Shown piece after piece: positions 61,208 to 64,000 of a DNA stretch of 64,000 bases. Both the position numbers and the translations under genes were made by a program. The DNA comes from Felis catus (lineage: Eukaryota): assembly GCF_018350175.1 (NCBI RefSeq), contig NC_058368.1:95110001-95174000 (forward strand), in the 5' to 3' direction. Numbering within the stretch: the first letter of the stretch is position 1; each line of letters starts with the position of its first letter. A model generated the notes under the pieces. It made no database searches and was not told the DNA's origin. It saw only the letters and a program-made list of their open reading frames with translations.

Positions 61208-61400
61208 CATACTTACCGGGTAAATACAGGACATCAGTTATATTTGCATTTAAGATAAACAATTAATATTTATTAAGTATAATTATGCCCCAGATATTGC
61301 ATGGGACAAACTCATGCCAAAAACGTTATTCATTACTTATCTGAGATTTAAATTCATCGGGGTGTCCTGTATTTTTATTTGTTAAATGTGTCAAGCCTGC
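61208..61400. mobile_element. MER53 palindromic hAT MITE
   Basis: aaatacaggacatcagtt..agataaac..cccagatattgcatgggac..ttatctgagattt..gtgtcctgtattt long inverted repeat. Confidence 0.85.
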
Positions 61401-61917
61401 CAGGGATACATGTGCAATACTTAACTGGCATTGACTTATAAACTTGAGAGTGCATTATTCCACATGCTTCTTTGTCTCTCTGACTCTAAAGTTATAATTG
61501 ATGACCAATACTTTGAATTCAAAAAGTGTTGGATATTGTATCAAATCAAGGACACATTTCCTAATAACTGAAGTGTCCTGCAGGGGAGCAGGTTGTCTGA
61601 AAAATAGTGCAACTCTGAGCCAAAGATAATAGCATATCAACATTTTAAATAGCAAAAAACTGGGAGGAACATGGACGGTCATGGGGAAAAAAAACTTTTA
61701 AAAAATTGGGGGCAACATCTATGCAGTAGAATTTTCCACAGGTAGACTTCTCTAGCCTCTGAGCCTTCTAGCTACTTTATGATAGGACTGTTAGTAGTGT
61801 TACCACATGACTGACCATTGCCCCAACAGACCTTTAGGACTCCTTGGGGGCTCCTCGTGGACTCCGGGATGATCTCCTGTATGTACATAGTGAATAGATT
61901 TCTAAGTAGGTTGTTAA

Positions 61918-62015
61918 GGAAAGAAAGAAAGAGACAGAGAGAGAGAGACAGAGAAAGAGAAGGAAGGAAGGAAGGAAGGAAGGAAGGAAGGAAGGAAGGA
62001 AGGAAGAAAAGGAAA

Positions 62016-62068
<53 letters not shown>

Positions 62069-62092
62069 AAAGAAGGAAGGAAGGAAGAAAAA
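61918..62092. repeat. Compound (GAAA)n/(GGAA)n/(GA)n purine tract
   Basis: Direct repeats. Confidence 0.95.
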
Positions 62093-62148
62093 GCAGCATG
62101 CATGGAAGATCCCATCATTTGGGTAGATTTTTTTAAAAAAGAAACATT

Positions 62149-62375
62149 GGGGCACCTGGGTGGCTCAGCCGGGTAAGCATCTGATTCTTGATCTCAGCTC
62201 AGGTCATGATTTCACAGTTTGTGAGTTCGAGCCTAGCGTTGGGTTTTGTGCTGACAGCACAGAGCCTGCTTGGGATTCTCTCTCTCCCTCTCTCTCTGCC
62301 CCTCCCCTCCTAGCTCTCTCTCTCTCTCTCTCTGTGTCTCGCTCTCAAAATAAATAAGTAAACTTAAAAAAAAAT
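62149..62375 (+). mobile_element. CAN-SINE
   Basis: ggggcacctgggtggctcag head. Confidence 0.9.
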
Positions 62376-63174
62376 ACAGGTAAAAACATAACTTCTTTAG
62401 GCTAAATACCTAAAAAAAAAAAACCTTTAAGAGTATTTATTTTAGGGAAAGGGGTCAGTTATTGAGGATAGGTGAGGAAGATTTCGTCATTATTTTATAC
62501 CTTCATGGATCAAGTGAAAAAATAACTGCACTGTGAAACAGGCTGGGTCCGTATACTGTAGGAAGACCAGGCTGGCATCCTCAGCCTCGGGTTGGGACTT
62601 GCAGTAGAAGGAGGTCACGCCACTTTTTTTTTCAGTCTGAAGAGTGTACAGACTTGAAGAGCCCCGTGAAATAGTTGGGGTAAAACCATGGATGCCTTTG
62701 GGCCCTCTCCTCCTCCCTGCCCACCTAAAAGTTCAGGCGAGAAGAAAGGGTCTCCCAGTGTGGCTGTGGCCGGCTGCACACCTTTGCCAGCGGCATCTGA
62801 GGGTAGAGGATGCCTAATGGCTGAGCCCTGGGACTGCAAATCCATAAGCACTTCTTGGCCTTAGGTTCAAGAGGGGCCCAGACAGTTCAAAAAACAGGAA
62901 AAACCCCACATTCATATCCCCCCTCTTGATAATAGTTCAAATCACATGAAAGTGCTGTTGCATAGGCAAACAACAACAACAACAACAACAACACAATTGG
63001 CCCCAAATCACCTGTTTTACATGGTTCAACTAATACATCTGGGCATCCCTATTAACTTTCTCCCTTGATCGGTTAGAAAAGCAAATCAAAACAACCAAAG
63101 CATGTATATTTCCAGCCTTCCAAATGTGTCCTGCCTTTTATATTACATTATTATTTAGTGTAATGATATGAATA

Positions 63175-63420
63175 ACAGCCAAAATTGTATAACATTTTCT
63201 GTGTGCCAGGTGTTTTAAGTGCTTTATGTACATACGGTCATTTAAACTTGATGATAAACCCATGAGATGGTTGTGTTTATCCTGTTTTGCTGGTGACGAG
63301 CCTGAGACACACAGAGTTTATGCTCCCTACCTGGGCTGGTGGAGCTCCAGGTACTTGAGCAGGCAGGTCCCTGAGCCCAGGCAGGTCTGGCTCCTTATCA
63401 CACTGCCTCTCCTTTGTTCT
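63175..63420 (-). mobile_element. MIR fossil
   Basis: tgtgccaggtgttttaagtgctttat..aaccc atgag..ctgagacacacagag. Confidence 0.7.
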
Positions 63421-63529
63421 GGCCCCCGAGTTCCTGCTGTCATAAACCTGTCACCCAGCTCTGCCCAGCACAGAGTTCGTCTCTCCGGATTCCACAAGGG
63501 CACCCCTCATGCACTCCAGGATGGTTCCC

Positions 63530-63746
63530 CTTTTCTTTTTTTTAAATTTTATTTGTTTTGAGAGAGTGAGCACAAGAGAGGGAGCGGGGGAGGGGCAGAG
63601 AGAAGGAGAGAGAGAATCCCAAGCAGGCTCCACACTGTTAGTGCAGAGCCTGGCGCAGGGCTCAAACCCAAGAACCCTGAGATCCTGACCTGAGGCTGAA
63701 ATCAAGAGTCGGACGCTTCACCAACTGAGACACCCAGGTGCCCCCC
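63530..63746 (-). mobile_element. CAN-SINE with TSD
   Basis: TSD caggatggt(t)cccctt. Confidence 0.92.
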
Positions 63747-64000
63747 AGGATGGTCCCCTTAAAACATTCAGGGAAAGATAGGAAAAAGCAGCACTGGGGC
63801 CGGCACCCACCTCTGTGGAAGACTGGATCTGTGGAATGTCCTTTTAGCAACAGCCACCTCATTAAAAGCCACCTTTTAACTTACTAATCAGATCTTGGTA
63901 TCTGTAAGTGAGGGAGTTTGGACCCCACTATGCTTCCTTCCATGAGACTAGAAGAGCATCAGTGCTGCCATCTTGGCCTTGGCTCATTCCTTCCCCGGGG

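Noticed and set aside
61500..61685. Possible hAT-Blackjack fragment
   Set aside because: Only a weak resemblance of one end; not enough to call.
1..64000. A novel multi-gene biological system, or identification of the host gene
   Set aside because: No intact coding genes, RNA genes or arrays were found, and the locus cannot be named from sequence alone.

Overview
Mammalian nuclear DNA from a felid, judged by about 49 tRNA-derived CAN-SINE copies, several carrying Felidae-type (SINEC_Fc-like) motifs. I find no credible protein-coding exon, RNA gene or prokaryote-type system; the ORF track is almost entirely SINE, microsatellite and transposon noise. The window starts with a small CpG island (~280-760) followed by a dense cluster of homeodomain cores. 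The rest is intergenic or intronic. It contains a 5'-truncated L1 with a target-site duplication (TSD) at 21214-23101; older L1M, L2 and MIR fossils; MaLR, LTR33 and ERV1-type solo LTRs; and hAT/Tigger MITEs (MER5, MER58B, MER91A, MER53, Tigger2a-like). It also holds a decayed ERV-L provirus remnant with RNaseH, integrase, dUTPase and an LTR16-like 3' LTR (~56470-58825). Several repeat-free, TAAT-rich blocks look like candidate developmental enhancers. I cannot support a claim of a new biological system. The best leads are the ERV-L remnant, a MER53 hairpin with an intact miR-1302-type seed, and several unusual retrotransposon insertion architectures. Repeat family names come from recalled consensus sequences, not a database search, and fossil-element boundaries are approximate.
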